64,000 bases of DNA from Hydrotalea sp. (GCA_027364735.1 DAHXOT010000032.1:17495-81494), one strand, 5' to 3'. Shown: positions 47,769-58,691, counted from the first letter of the stretch. The notes: generated by a model from the sequence alone, not told the origin. Numbers and translations are program-made.

Positions 47769-48539
47769 TTATGCTTTTTTAAGCAATGTTTTGTTCAATA
47801 TTTCTGTAAGCTTTTGTTTGGTATTAATCGGGAAATCTCCTTTCATCATCCAGTCGTAATATTGAGGTTCTTCTTTTAAAACCTGCATTACGGGTTTGCC
47901 TTTATGTTTACCAAAATTAAAAATTTCTATTCCTTTTTCTTTAATAAATCTTCTGGCAAAATCAACAATATCATCTTCACCCGTAAATTTTACAATGCTT
48001 TCAACCGTATTACCAATTTGGGTATATCGTTCAAGTTGGGCCTCTAATACTTCCCAAGTTGCAGTTGCATCTTGTTCGGCACTATGGGCTCCTTCTAATG
48101 TTCTATTGCAGTAAAATTTATAAGCAGCACTTAGTGTTCGTTGCTCCATCATGTGAAATATTTTTTGTACATCCAATGCTTTTTTATCATCTATACTAAA
48201 TTCTAATCCGGAACGCAGAAACTCTTCTATTAACATAGGAATATCGAATCTATTACTATTATAACCGGCCAAATCGCAATTATCAATAAACTGTTTTATT
48301 TCGTTAGCTACTTGTTTAAAGGTAGGTGCATCTTTTACCATTTCATTGGTAATTCCATGAACATCGCTTGCATTTTTAGGAATAGGAATTAGAGGATTAA
48401 TTAATTTTCTTTTTACTTGCTTTGATCCATCTACTAAAATTTTTACAATGGCAATTTCTACAATTCTATCCATTGTAATATTTATTCCGGTTGTTTCTAA
48501 ATCTATAAAGGCCAGTGGGCGTGTGAGTTGAAGTTTCAT
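47769..48539 (-). CDS. DnaQ-like 3'-5' exonuclease domain protein
   Basis: ExoI FIDLETTG, ExoII GYNS.RFD and ExoIII HSAEQDA motifs. Confidence 0.75.
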   Translation of the reverse strand: MKLQLTRPLAFIDLETTGINITMDRIVEIAIVKILVDGSKQVKRKLINPLIPIPKNASDVHGITNEMVKDAPTFKQVANEIKQFIDNCDLAGYNSNRFDIPMLIEEFLRSGLEFSIDDKKALDVQKIFHMMEQRTLSAAYKFYCNRTLEGAHSAEQDATATWEVLEAQLERYTQIGNTVESIVKFTGEDDIVDFARRFIKEKGIEIFNFGKHKGKPVMQVLKEEPQYYDWMMKGDFPINTKQKLTEILNKTLLKKA

Positions 48540-48552
48540 TTTTTACCAGTTA

Positions 48553-49908
48553 TTAAGTAATTTTTTTAGCGAAAGCAAATATATCTAATCCGTCATAATT
48601 ACCGCTACTCATTAACAGTAAATCTACATTTGCATAGTTTTGATGCTGCAACCATTGCCACAATTCTTCTTTAGTATTAAATACCAGTAATCCTTCTTTT
48701 GCAAATCCGGTAATTATACTTTCTTTAGTTAAGTTGGGCATACGTTTCAATTCCAATGCGTGTTTTGAATAAAATACAATAGCAATGTCGGCATTATTCA
48801 TTGCACCAGCATATTGTTGCATAAAGTTTTCATTTAAGCTGCTGTATGTGTGCAACTCTAACACTGCAATTAGTTTTTGATGAGGATGTTGTTGTTTCAC
48901 CGCATCTACAGTTGCTTTAACTTTACTGGGTGCATGTGCAAAATCTCTGTATACATTAGTGGCAGTATTGCATTCAATTAATTCTAATCTTTTCGAAGCT
49001 CCTTTAAATGTGCTAATAGCTTGCAAAAAATGAGATGCACTAATACCTAATTCTTTGCAAGTGTACCATGCAGCATTTATGTTAAGCAAATTATGATTAC
49101 CAAAAACTTTCAATTCTGCATCGGCATTCTCTATATGTATGGTGGTTTGATGGTTAAGAATTTGATATTCCGGAATTTGATAGGGTTGATATCGGATATC
49201 GCTTCGCATATTTTTTTCCACCAATTCTTTTAAAACAATATCCGTTTCATTATAAATTAAAATACCATTTTTTTCTATTTTATTGATGAAAAGAATAAAC
49301 TGTTGCAAATAAATTTCGAATGTTGGAAACACATTAATATGATCCCACGCAATACCTGTAATAATGGCTATGTGCGGAAACAGAAAATGAAATTTTGGTC
49401 TTTTTTCAATAATACTTGCAGGATATTCATCGCCTTCGCAAACTATTAATGGTGCATCTGTAATATTTACCGATTGATTAAAGCCTGCAAGATTTGCTCC
49501 AACCAAATAATCGAATGAAGTATTCATTTGTTGTAAAACATGCATCAGCATGGCAGTGGTAGTAGTTTTACCATGGCTACCTCCTACCACAATTCTCTTT
49601 TTGTTCTTACTTTCTTCGTAAATATATTCGGGAAAAGAATAGATTTTTAATTGTAACTCTTTAGCTCTTACTAATTCAGGATTATCAATTTTAGCATGCA
49701 TTCCTAAAATAATTGCATCAATATTGGTTGTAATTAGGTTGGGCTGCCATCCAATTTTCTCGGGCAACAATCCTTCTTTTTGCAAATTAGAAAAAGCAGG
49801 TTCAAAAATTTCATCATCAGTTCCACTCACTTCATACCCTTTTCTTTTTAATGCAATGGCTAACTGATGCATTACACTACCTCCAATTGAAATAAAATGA
49901 ATTTTCAT
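48553..49908 (-). CDS. mpl: UDP-N-acetylmuramate:L-alanyl-gamma-D-glutamyl-meso-DAP ligase (Mpl)
   Basis: MKIHFI.IGGS.M..LA..L...G..V.G.D N-terminus and the Mur ligase P-loop GSHGKTTTTAM. Confidence 0.8.
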   Translation of the reverse strand: MKIHFISIGGSVMHQLAIALKRKGYEVSGTDDEIFEPAFSNLQKEGLLPEKIGWQPNLITTNIDAIILGMHAKIDNPELVRAKELQLKIYSFPEYIYEESKNKKRIVVGGSHGKTTTTAMLMHVLQQMNTSFDYLVGANLAGFNQSVNITDAPLIVCEGDEYPASIIEKRPKFHFLFPHIAIITGIAWDHINVFPTFEIYLQQFILFINKIEKNGILIYNETDIVLKELVEKNMRSDIRYQPYQIPEYQILNHQTTIHIENADAELKVFGNHNLLNINAAWYTCKELGISASHFLQAISTFKGASKRLELIECNTATNVYRDFAHAPSKVKATVDAVKQQHPHQKLIAVLELHTYSSLNENFMQQYAGAMNNADIAIVFYSKHALELKRMPNLTKESIITGFAKEGLLVFNTKEELWQWLQHQNYANVDLLLMSSGNYDGLDIFAFAKKIT

Positions 49909-50026
49909 AATTAATAAAAAGGTGATAAATTAGTACAAAATAGAATTTATAAGCAATAAATGCTATTCAAGCTTATATTTGCACAAGAACAATGCAAAAT
50001 ACATTCTATTATTAATATTAATAGTT

Positions 50027-50146
50027 ATGAAAAAAATTATTACATTATTTATACTTGTAGCTACAATTTCTTTAGCTATAAGTGCATGTGCACCTACAAG
50101 AGGCCGAGGTTGCCCTACCACCAATAAGAACTTTTTTAAACCTTAA
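50027..50146 (+). CDS. Small predicted lipoprotein (39 aa), absent from the supplied ORF track
   Basis: ATG..TAA ORF encoding MKKIITLFILVATISLAISACAPTRGRGCPTTNKNFFKP. It has a signal peptide plus lipobox ISAC, a TATATTTG -7-like box at 49974-49981, and lies 21 nt upstream of ytxJ. Confidence 0.4.
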   Translation: MKKIITLFILVATISLAISACAPTRGRGCPTTNKNFFKP

Positions 50147-50167
50147 AGCTGCGGTAATTATTTTAGT

Positions 50168-50509
50168 ATGAATTGGATATCATTAACTACTATTAGCCAA
50201 TTAGAAGAAATTAAATCTAAGTCGTTCGAAAAACCTCAAATACTATTTAAACACAGTACAAGATGCAGTATTAGTGCAATGGTTTTAAATAGGCTTGAAA
50301 AATGGGAAAATACTACTGATGCAGATTTTTATTATTTAGATTTAATTGCCTACAGAATTATTTCGAATAAAATTTCCGAAGACTTTAACGTATTTCACGA
50401 ATCGCCACAAATATTAGTGATAAAAAACGGAAAATGCATTTATGACGAAAACCATAATGCCATCGCAATAGAAGATATTATACTCGATACCACCACATCA
50501 TCTTATTAA
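50168..50509 (+). CDS. ytxJ: Bacillithiol-system monothiol redox protein YtxJ (DUF2847, thioredoxin-like)
   Basis: KHSTRCSIS single-Cys motif and a size of 113 aa. Confidence 0.75.
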   Translation: MNWISLTTISQLEEIKSKSFEKPQILFKHSTRCSISAMVLNRLEKWENTTDADFYYLDLIAYRIISNKISEDFNVFHESPQILVIKNGKCIYDENHNAIAIEDIILDTTTSSY

Positions 50510-50510
50510 A

Positions 50511-50549
50511 AGTAAAGCATCTGTTTCTGAAACAAATGCTTTACTATTT
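50511..50549 (+). terminator. Hairpin terminator after ytxJ
   Basis: AGTAAAGCATCTGTTTC / GAAACAAATGCTTTACT, 17-nt arms with 1 mismatch, followed by ATTT. Confidence 0.55.
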
Positions 50550-50746
50550 CGCAGTTTATTATATAACATATTTTTGAGTGAATAATATCACACCCTTTTA
50601 AAAAATAATTCCCGACAGGGATATGCTATAAAACTGTTACTGCATCATCTTTATGTAAATTTCTATCATAACCTATTTATTAAAAATGAAAAAAATCAGT
50701 ATTTATTATCTTTATTTTCAGTAAATTACTAGAAATACATTTTATT

Positions 50747-51388
50747 ATGATAATTACAGTTTTTGGAGCAACAGGACAGGTAGGAAAACATATTGTAAGC
50801 CAAGCATTAGCAAAAAATTTTATTGTAAAAGCCTTCGGAAGAAATATTGAAGCATTGCCCTATAAGGATACACTTACCAGTAGTCTTGTTACGATGAAGG
50901 GATATATTTTTGATGAGCAAGAAGTGTATAATGCTATTAAAAAAAGTGATGCTGTAATATCTGCATTGGGCGGCAGTTTTGATGGAAGCGATAAGGCAAG
51001 AAGCTTAGGAATTAAAAATATTATTACACAAATGGAAAAAGCCGGCGTTAAAAGAATAATAGCGGTTGGAGGTTTGGGTGTGCTAAATGCCAACGATACC
51101 ACCATGATTATGGATACACCTAACTATCCTGTAATGTATTTACCGGTTGGATTAGAACATAAAAAAGCATTTGAATATTTAAATCAATCATCTTTAAATT
51201 GGACATTTGTTTGTGCACCGGATATAGTTGATGAAGATGCTAACGAAAAATATATTACCGCCGCCAATTATCCTCCTACACCCAATTATTACAAAGTTTT
51301 TGCCGGCAACTTGGCTTCTTTTATATTGAAAGAAGTAACTGAAAATAATTATCTCAAAACCAGAGTAGGCATCAGCAATACTATTTAG
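50747..51388 (+). CDS. NAD(P)H-binding (atypical SDR / NmrA-like) oxidoreductase
   Basis: Rossmann motif ITVFGATGQVGKHIV. Confidence 0.7.
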   Translation: MIITVFGATGQVGKHIVSQALAKNFIVKAFGRNIEALPYKDTLTSSLVTMKGYIFDEQEVYNAIKKSDAVISALGGSFDGSDKARSLGIKNIITQMEKAGVKRIIAVGGLGVLNANDTTMIMDTPNYPVMYLPVGLEHKKAFEYLNQSSLNWTFVCAPDIVDEDANEKYITAANYPPTPNYYKVFAGNLASFILKEVTENNYLKTRVGISNTI

Positions 51389-51487
51389 AATTAACCACCA
51401 ATGTCATAGTTATATCATTTTAATTTAAAAGTCTACCTTTTTTGTATAGAATACATTTTTTCTGTTATTTTGCAGCAAATATTATAC

Positions 51488-51943
51488 ATGGAAAAAACAA
51501 TTATTTGTCCTATTTCGCAAGAGAGAGTTAACGAATCAGTAGTTAGAGTAATTGCCAGTTTTGTATTTCTATTAAGCATGTTGTTATTACTTACCGGTGC
51601 AAAATGGATAGGCTTATTATTAATTCTAGACTTCTATATTAGAAGCTTTACAGATGGAAATTTTAGCATTTTAAAATACCTTTCTTTAAAAATTATCAGC
51701 ACACTTAATATTACTCCTAAACCTATTGATGCAGCACCCAAAAAGTTTGCAGCATTGGTAGGATTAATATTTTCCATTACAATTACAGTTACCATGCTAT
51801 TGCAATGGAATACCATTGCGTGGGTATTTGGTGTTGTATTAATTATCTGTGCTTTATTAGAGGCATTTATTGGCTATTGTGTAGGATGTAAATTTTACAC
51901 TTGGATTGTTTTACCCATAAAAAAAATAGTATCTAAACAATAA
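51488..51943 (+). CDS. DUF4395-like membrane protein
   Basis: N-terminus ..CPISQERVNE..VR, followed by 3-4 TM helices and a C-terminal GYC.GC motif. Confidence 0.5.
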   Translation: MEKTIICPISQERVNESVVRVIASFVFLLSMLLLLTGAKWIGLLLILDFYIRSFTDGNFSILKYLSLKIISTLNITPKPIDAAPKKFAALVGLIFSITITVTMLLQWNTIAWVFGVVLIICALLEAFIGYCVGCKFYTWIVLPIKKIVSKQ

Positions 51944-52451
51944 AATGTTTTACCATAACCCAATCGTCTTGTATATCTTTTCCTAAAACAAATTGAGCTG
52001 GTTTTAGAATTTCAAATCCAAATTTTTTATAAAAGGAAATAGCTGTTTCATTTTTTTGCCAAACACATAACCACATTACTTTAATTTGCTGTTCTATCAT
52101 TTTAGTAAAAGCATATTGAATTAATTGTTTGCCTATTCCTTTTCCATGATAATTCTTTATTGCATATAATCGAGCTATTTCTATAGATGGCAAATGCATG
52201 ATTTCTTCGGGAGGTTGACTTTTGCGTAATTTAATATATCCTATTGGCACTCCATCATTTTCGGCTATGTAAAATAAATTAAACTCATTACTTATTTCGC
52301 TACTAATTCTTTCTACCGACAAGTGTTCTTCCATGTACTCTTCCATATCTTCAACCGTATTATACGCATAATAAGTATCATAAAATGTTGTGCGGCTTAA
52401 ATCGGTTAGCAATAAATTATCGTTGAGAGTAGCTTTTCGTATTTGCATCAT
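51933..52451 (-). CDS. GNAT family N-acetyltransferase
   Basis: Acetyl-CoA motif YHGKGIGKQL and the FY.K.GF tail. The ATG at 52451/52448 is preferred over the longer ORF. Confidence 0.75.
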   Translation of the reverse strand: MMQIRKATLNDNLLLTDLSRTTFYDTYYAYNTVEDMEEYMEEHLSVERISSEISNEFNLFYIAENDGVPIGYIKLRKSQPPEEIMHLPSIEIARLYAIKNYHGKGIGKQLIQYAFTKMIEQQIKVMWLCVWQKNETAISFYKKFGFEILKPAQFVLGKDIQDDWVMVKHFIV

Positions 52452-52488
52452 CACATAAACATAACTGTAAAAAAATCTTATACAACTA

Positions 52489-53178
52489 TTAATCAGTAAT
52501 AGGGGCAGCACTATCAATCACTCTTCCTCGCTCGGTTTTAAGCATGCGAGAAGGATAACGATTGATAACAATAAAATCGTGCGTTGCCATAATAATTGAG
52601 GTTTGATAATGTCTACTTATTTGGAAAAGCAATTGCATAATTTCATCACTGGTTTCTGGGTCTAAATTGCCTGTTGGCTCATCGGCTAATATTAGTTTAG
52701 GAGAATTTAGCAATGCTCTGGCAATATCAATACGTTGTTGTTCTCCACCACTCATCTCAAAAGGCATTTTAAATCCTTTACTTTTCAAACCAACTTTATC
52801 CAATACATCATTTATTTTTTCTTCCATTAATTTTTCATCTTTCCATCCGGTTGCACGCAAAACAAATCGTAAATTTTCATGAACATTTCTATCGGTTAAT
52901 AATTGAAAATCTTGAAAAACAACACCTAAATTTCTTCTTAGGTAGGGTACTTTTTTCCAATCCATTTGTTTTAAATCAAATCCAACAACTGTTCCGGTTC
53001 CTTTTTGCAAGGGAAGTTCGCCATATAATGTTTTTAATAAACTACTTTTACCAGTTCCGGTTTTTCCAACCAAATAAACAAATTCAGCTTTATTTACAGA
53101 AAAGTTTACATTTTCGAGAATAAGACTATTACCCTGATAAATGCTAACGTTATTTAATGATACTAATGATTCAGACAT
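52489..53178 (-). CDS. ftsE: Cell division ATP-binding protein FtsE
   Basis: Walker [10 protein letters not shown], signature MSGGEQQR and Walker [13 protein letters not shown], at a typical 229 aa. Confidence 0.8.
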   Translation of the reverse strand: MSESLVSLNNVSIYQGNSLILENVNFSVNKAEFVYLVGKTGTGKSSLLKTLYGELPLQKGTGTVVGFDLKQMDWKKVPYLRRNLGVVFQDFQLLTDRNVHENLRFVLRATGWKDEKLMEEKINDVLDKVGLKSKGFKMPFEMSGGEQQRIDIARALLNSPKLILADEPTGNLDPETSDEIMQLLFQISRHYQTSIIMATHDFIVINRYPSRMLKTERGRVIDSAAPITD

Positions 53179-53257
53179 AATAATTATTAATAGTATTATA
53201 GAAAGGCATCACACAAAATTATTAGAAATAATAAAAGAATTTATTGTAGAAGTATAA

Positions 53258-54427
53258 TTAATATTGAATTTCACCAAAACTTCCTTGCAATATTAATTGG
53301 TTTTTTTCTGAAGGTTCAACTATTCCAATAATTTTTGCTTCAATATTAAATTGTTGGGCAATATTTATCATAGAAGATGCCGTTTTCTCGTCGGTAAAAA
53401 TTTCTAATCTATGTCCCATGTTAAATACTTGATACATTTCTTTATAATTAGCTTTTGAGTTTTCTTGTATTAGTTGAAAAATAGGAGGAATATCAAATAA
53501 ATTATTCTTAATAATTTTTAATGGGCGAGGTAAATATTTCATGCATTTTGTTTGTCCGCCTCCGCTACAATGTATTATTCCATTAATATTGTAAAAATGT
53601 TCTTCTAACAATATTTTTAGCAAAGGTGCATAGGTTCTGGTTGGCGATAATAAAAGTTCACCAATTGATATAAATGCATCGCCTATAGGCAATGTATCTT
53701 CCACTTTATTTTTCCCGATATATACCACTTCGCTACTTAAAGATGCTTCAAAAGTTTCAGGATATTTTTCGGCATAATATTTATTCAATACATCGTGTCT
53801 GGCACTGGTTAATCCGTTACTTCCCAATCCACTATTATAGGCTGTTTCATAAGTAGCTTGCCCACTGCTGCTAAATCCTACAATTACATTTCCGGCTGCA
53901 ATTTTATCGTTCGTAATTAATTTATTTTTTTCCCAACGAGCAGTAATAGTTCCATTAACAGCAATTGTTCTTACAACATCGCCTACATCGGCAGTTTCAC
54001 CTCCTAAATAATGAATATTAATGCCATAATCTTTTAATTGATTAAAAAAAGTTTGTGATCCATCAATAATTGCTTTAATAACTTCGCCGGATATTAATTT
54101 TTTATTTCTATCAATAGTTGAAGAAAATAATAAATTATCATAAACGCCCACACAAAGTAAATCATCCAAATTCATGGCTATTGCATCTTGAGCAATACCC
54201 TTCCAAACTGTTATATCGCCTGTTTCCTTCCAATATAAATAAGCCAAAATACTTTTGGTACCTGCTCCATCGGCATGACTAATATTTACAAAATGTTCAT
54301 CACCAACCAAATAATCGGGATATATTTTACAGAATGAATGAGCATAAATGCCGGGATGTAAATTTTTTATAGCTGCATGAACTTCTTCTTTTTGTGCCGA
54401 AACACCGCGTTGAGCATATAATGACAT
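53258..54427 (-). CDS. purM: AIR synthase-related protein (phosphoribosylformylglycinamidine cyclo-ligase, Bacteroidota long form)
   Basis: YAQRGVSA.K.EVH N-terminus and DGAGTK motif, with PurM-like N and C domains. Confidence 0.7.
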   Translation of the reverse strand: MSLYAQRGVSAQKEEVHAAIKNLHPGIYAHSFCKIYPDYLVGDEHFVNISHADGAGTKSILAYLYWKETGDITVWKGIAQDAIAMNLDDLLCVGVYDNLLFSSTIDRNKKLISGEVIKAIIDGSQTFFNQLKDYGINIHYLGGETADVGDVVRTIAVNGTITARWEKNKLITNDKIAAGNVIVGFSSSGQATYETAYNSGLGSNGLTSARHDVLNKYYAEKYPETFEASLSSEVVYIGKNKVEDTLPIGDAFISIGELLLSPTRTYAPLLKILLEEHFYNINGIIHCSGGGQTKCMKYLPRPLKIIKNNLFDIPPIFQLIQENSKANYKEMYQVFNMGHRLEIFTDEKTASSMINIAQQFNIEAKIIGIVEPSEKNQLILQGSFGEIQY

Positions 54428-54558
54428 GAATATAAATTATAAGTTATAAATGAATGCAACAAAATTGGCTATTAGTAACTATCCATTTTATACAAAGGTA
54501 ATTAAGCGTAAGCATTTGTTTTTCTGTTTTTACATTTACCTAAATTTGTCGGGAAATT

Positions 54559-55503
54559 ATGAAATGCTATAAAGATTTATCTACTCTTCCAAAGTTTAAA
54601 AATGCGGTAATTACCATTGGCAGCTTCGATGGTGTTCATTTAGGGCATCAAGAAATTGTAAAACAATTAAAATCGGAAGCAGAAAAGGTGAATGGAGAAA
54701 CAGTTATCATTACGTTTCACCCGCATCCCAGAAAAATAGTTTCTTCTATTCCCGGCGAAATAAAGCTACTTACCACGTATAAAGAAAAGAAGCATTTGCT
54801 AAAAAATGCAGGGATTAATCATTTAGTAATTGTTCCATTTAATCATCAATTTGCCAACCAAACACCAGAACAATATATTGAGGATTTTTTATACAAATAC
54901 TTTCAACCAAAAATTGTTATTGTAGGATATGATCACCGATTTGGAAAAGATAGATTAGGAAACTATACATTATTAGAAGCGAAAGGCAAAGAATTAAATT
55001 TTATGGTAAAAGAAATACCGGAACATATTGTAAACGAAGCCAAAATAAGTTCAACCAATATTCGAAAATTTTTATTAGATAGCAATATTACCGAAGCAAA
55101 TAAATTGTTAGGATATGAATACTTTTTTGAAGGACTTGTAATTGAAGGAAATAAATTAGGCAGAACTATTGGGTATCCTACCGCAAATTTACATATAGAA
55201 AGCGAGGATAAATTAATTCCGGGAAACGGTGTGTATGCAGTAACCATTGAGTTAAAAAATACAAAGTCAGAAATCAATATATATAAAGGAATGATGAATA
55301 TTGGTATTAGACCAACCGTAGATGGCAAAAAAAGAATGATTGAAGTAAATATTTTTGATTTTAATGAAACAATTTATGGTCATACCATTCAAGTAAATAT
55401 AAAGGAATACATACGCGGTGAAATAAAATTTTTGAACTTAGACGAACTGAAACAACAACTTTCGAAAGATAAATTTATTGCTCAAAAAATATTAGCTATT
55501 TAA
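54559..55503 (+). CDS. ribF: Bifunctional riboflavin kinase / FMN adenylyltransferase
   Basis: ITIGSFDGVHLGHQ and GYPTANL, plus the riboflavin kinase C-terminal domain. A TAAATTTG box lies at 54541-54548. Confidence 0.9.
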   Translation: MKCYKDLSTLPKFKNAVITIGSFDGVHLGHQEIVKQLKSEAEKVNGETVIITFHPHPRKIVSSIPGEIKLLTTYKEKKHLLKNAGINHLVIVPFNHQFANQTPEQYIEDFLYKYFQPKIVIVGYDHRFGKDRLGNYTLLEAKGKELNFMVKEIPEHIVNEAKISSTNIRKFLLDSNITEANKLLGYEYFFEGLVIEGNKLGRTIGYPTANLHIESEDKLIPGNGVYAVTIELKNTKSEINIYKGMMNIGIRPTVDGKKRMIEVNIFDFNETIYGHTIQVNIKEYIRGEIKFLNLDELKQQLSKDKFIAQKILAI

Positions 55504-55583
55504 TTGCCTGCCATTTGTAATTATATAAAATTTCTTAGCTTTAATTATTAAGATTATGTGTTTATTTAACAATATCTTGTTAT

Positions 55584-55835
55584 ATGCCCGATAAAAAAAC
55601 CAGATACATTATTGTAGTTATTATTTTATTTTCATTAATAGTATTTAACCCTACTAAACCCAATTTTAGAGATTATTTAAGCAAACGAAGCGGAATAACT
55701 ATTCAGGAGTTAGATGCAAAATATAATTATAGCAGAATAGCCAATTATATTGTGTTTTCGGTTTATGAAGTAACAGATGCAACGGGTAAGATTACTAAAT
55801 TTATAGCAGTATTGAGAAATTTTATACAGCAATAA
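55584..55835 (+). CDS. Small membrane-anchored hypothetical protein
   Basis: 83-aa ORF with one N-terminal TM helix. Confidence 0.4.
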   Translation: MPDKKTRYIIVVIILFSLIVFNPTKPNFRDYLSKRSGITIQELDAKYNYSRIANYIVFSVYEVTDATGKITKFIAVLRNFIQQ

Positions 55836-55843
55836 TTCATTGC

Positions 55844-56842
55844 TTAATAAATCATTTTAACCACCATTTCTTTTATTAAACCTGCATCAGAAGTTCCCTG
55901 ATCGCGAATGCCAACGCTCCGAAGGTTATATTCATGAAGTAATAACAAAATGTTTTCTACGCCAGCATAACTATAATTTCGAGCAGCTTGAATATAATCT
56001 TTAATAAAATAAGCATTGATACCTAATGATGCTGCAATTGTTTTTTCATCACTACTATTTACCCCAAATATCATAAATACCTTACTAAAAAAATTGTATA
56101 AAGCCGGCAATAACATTTGAATGGGAACAGCTTTAGGATTGGCTTCGAAATATTGAATTATTCTAATTGCTTTTGAGAAATTTTTTTTAGCAATTGCATC
56201 CTGCATTTCAAATACATTAAACTCTTTACTTACACCAATATAATTTTCAATATCATCTTCGGTAATATTTTTTCGATTACCAAGATTTACAGCTAATTTT
56301 TCTATTTCGTTTTGAATACGACTTAAATCATTCCCAATATGATCTACTAAAATAGTTAAAGCACGTTCACTAATTGTAAGTTTACGCTTATGAATTTCTT
56401 GAGAAGCCCATTCGGGAAGTTGATTATCATATATTTTTTTAGTTGAAAAAAATTCTGTTTTTTGTTTTAACATCTTACCAAAAACACTTCTTCCATCTAT
56501 CTTTTTATCTTTGTAGCTTATTATAAAAACGGTTGAGCTTAATGGATTATTAATATACGATTCTAATTTTTCAATATCACGCATTTGTTGAGCTTCTTTT
56601 AAAATAACAACTTGTCTTTCGGCAAACATAGGATACCTCCGACAAGCATTTACCACCGATACCCAATCTGCATCTTTGCCATAAAAAACAGTGAGATTAA
56701 ATTCGGCCTCTGCAATACTTAATATTTTATGCTCGGCATAATTTACAATAGCATCTATAAAAAAAGGTTCTTCACCCTCTAACCAATAAACCGGTTGGAA
56801 GGATTTTTTATTGAAATCTGATAATATTTTTTCAACGCTCAT
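55844..56842 (-). CDS. holA: DNA polymerase III delta subunit
   Basis: PVYWLEGEEPFFID N-terminus and a size of about 332 aa. The ATG at 56842 is preferred over the longer ORF. Confidence 0.7.
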   Translation of the reverse strand: MSVEKILSDFNKKSFQPVYWLEGEEPFFIDAIVNYAEHKILSIAEAEFNLTVFYGKDADWVSVVNACRRYPMFAERQVVILKEAQQMRDIEKLESYINNPLSSTVFIISYKDKKIDGRSVFGKMLKQKTEFFSTKKIYDNQLPEWASQEIHKRKLTISERALTILVDHIGNDLSRIQNEIEKLAVNLGNRKNITEDDIENYIGVSKEFNVFEMQDAIAKKNFSKAIRIIQYFEANPKAVPIQMLLPALYNFFSKVFMIFGVNSSDEKTIAASLGINAYFIKDYIQAARNYSYAGVENILLLLHEYNLRSVGIRDQGTSDAGLIKEMVVKMIY

Positions 56843-56894
56843 TACTGCAAATATCCGTATGGATTCAACAAGAACGAAATACGTTATTAAAATA

Positions 56895-57611
56895 TTATCC
56901 AGATACAATACTTATTCGGGAAGGCGTTAATAAGCTTTCATTTTTAAACCGAAGAATTACATTAGCCGAAACAATTACATCTTGTTGGCAATATTCTACA
57001 ATTCTTTTCAAATTTTTTTCTTTATAATATACATCTTGCACTTTGCTGCCATCCATATCGGTTTTAGAAGTTGGAATACCTAAAACAGAAGCCAATAAAT
57101 GTAAGGAAATATAATTTTTTGCATCCCCAAACTTCCACCAATTCAAAGTATCAAACATTTTTACATCCCAAGGTTTTTTATCATGTAATTGCAAGTACGA
57201 AGGCAGTGATAGGTTATTAATTAATAATCTGCGACAGATGTACGGAATATCAAACTCTCTAATATTATGCCCTCCAAAGAGAAAATTTTTATTTACAGCA
57301 TATACTTTATTACAAAGCTCTATAAAATTTTGCAGCAATTGTTTTTCATCATCACCAGATACACTTTTAATGCGTAATGCCAATTCTTTCTGCTCATTTT
57401 CATAAAAAAAAGCAGTACTAATGCAAATAATTTTTCCAAATTCTGCTAATATTCCTCCACGCTTTCGATAATTTTCTTCCAAAGAAATTGTTTCTGGCAC
57501 GGTTTTGGAAATTTTGTCGGCAAATAATTCTTGCCACTCAGTTGATAGCAAAGAAAAATCGCTACTCTGAGGAACAGTTTCAATATCAATTAATAATAAA
57601 TCTTTCAACAT
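56895..57611 (-). CDS. RNase H-like / PolB-type 3'-5' exonuclease domain protein
   Basis: LLIDIETVP (ExoI-like), GHNIREFDIPY and YCQQDV motifs. Confidence 0.6.
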   Translation of the reverse strand: MLKDLLLIDIETVPQSSDFSLLSTEWQELFADKISKTVPETISLEENYRKRGGILAEFGKIICISTAFFYENEQKELALRIKSVSGDDEKQLLQNFIELCNKVYAVNKNFLFGGHNIREFDIPYICRRLLINNLSLPSYLQLHDKKPWDVKMFDTLNWWKFGDAKNYISLHLLASVLGIPTSKTDMDGSKVQDVYYKEKNLKRIVEYCQQDVIVSANVILRFKNESLLTPSRISIVSG

Positions 57612-57647
57612 TGATTCAATTTTTACTCATTTTATAAAACTAAAAAC

Positions 57648-58598
57648 ATGACCTACGATTCTTCTACTCCGCAACAAAAAGACAACCGCAAAATTTGGTA
57701 TGGCCTTTTAATTGGCTTACTTATTGTAACCTGGGGTTATATTATTTACGACAAAAACAAAACCAAAGAGGTAATTACTCAAAAAGAAATTCAGTATGTA
57801 AATGTAAGCAATGCAAAAGATTCTTTACAAGCATTATTTAATGCTGCATCTGCAAGAGTAGATTCTATTACCGGAAATAATGTACAATTACAAGGTGCTT
57901 TAGCCGAAAGAAATAATGAAATAACAAAACTGAAATTGAATATTAGAAATATTCTTACCAAGAAAAATGCAAGTGATAGCGAATTAAAACAAGCTCAAGA
58001 AATGATTGCACAGTTAAATGGAAAAATTGATGAGCTATTTACTGAAATAACTAAATTAAAAGGAGAAAATCAGCAATTAACCAATACCAATCAGCAGCTT
58101 ACCACAGAAAAACAAGGCTTACAAGAGAACTTATCTGCTTCACAAACTGAAAATAAAAATCTTTCAGAGAAAGTAGATGTAGCTTCTACCTTACATGCAT
58201 CGAACATTACAATAGCTGCCGTTGAAATGAGAAAAAACGGAAAAGAAAAAGTAACTTCTAATGTTAAGCGTGCAGATATGTTTGTAATTTCCGGAAGTTT
58301 GGATGAAAACAGGGTTACACCAAGCGGTAAAAAAACAATTTATGTGGTGGTGTATAATCCCAATGGCTCAGTTTCCGGTTCAGAAGGTTCATTTACTTTA
58401 AGAGATGGCAGCAGCAAATCGTACACAAGCAAAGTGGAAGTAAATTATGAACAAGGAAAATCTTTACCATTAAGTTTTACATGGAAACCGGATGGGAAAT
58501 TTGAAACAGGAGATTATAAAATAGAAATTTATAATCATGGATTTAAGATCGGTGAAGGAATAAAAAATTTGAAAAAAAGTGGTTTCTTGGGTTTATAA
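57648..58598 (+). CDS. Membrane-anchored coiled-coil protein of unknown function
   Basis: One TM helix, about 130 aa of heptad-like Q/N/L/K-rich sequence, and a beta-rich C-terminal domain. Confidence 0.45.
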   Translation: MTYDSSTPQQKDNRKIWYGLLIGLLIVTWGYIIYDKNKTKEVITQKEIQYVNVSNAKDSLQALFNAASARVDSITGNNVQLQGALAERNNEITKLKLNIRNILTKKNASDSELKQAQEMIAQLNGKIDELFTEITKLKGENQQLTNTNQQLTTEKQGLQENLSASQTENKNLSEKVDVASTLHASNITIAAVEMRKNGKEKVTSNVKRADMFVISGSLDENRVTPSGKKTIYVVVYNPNGSVSGSEGSFTLRDGSSKSYTSKVEVNYEQGKSLPLSFTWKPDGKFETGDYKIEIYNHGFKIGEGIKNLKKSGFLGL

Positions 58599-58632
58599 TT
58601 AGCAGAACCAATTTTTATACCGAATAAAATAG

Positions 58633-58666
58633 AGGCAGTCTTTACAGGCTGCCTTTGTTTATTTTT
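58633..58666 (+). terminator. Possible terminator after the coiled-coil gene
   Basis: AGGCAG / CTGCCT stem with a 10-nt loop, followed by TTGTTTATTTTT. Confidence 0.45.
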
Positions 58667-58691
58667 AACCGGCGAATATTATCTTTAGTAT

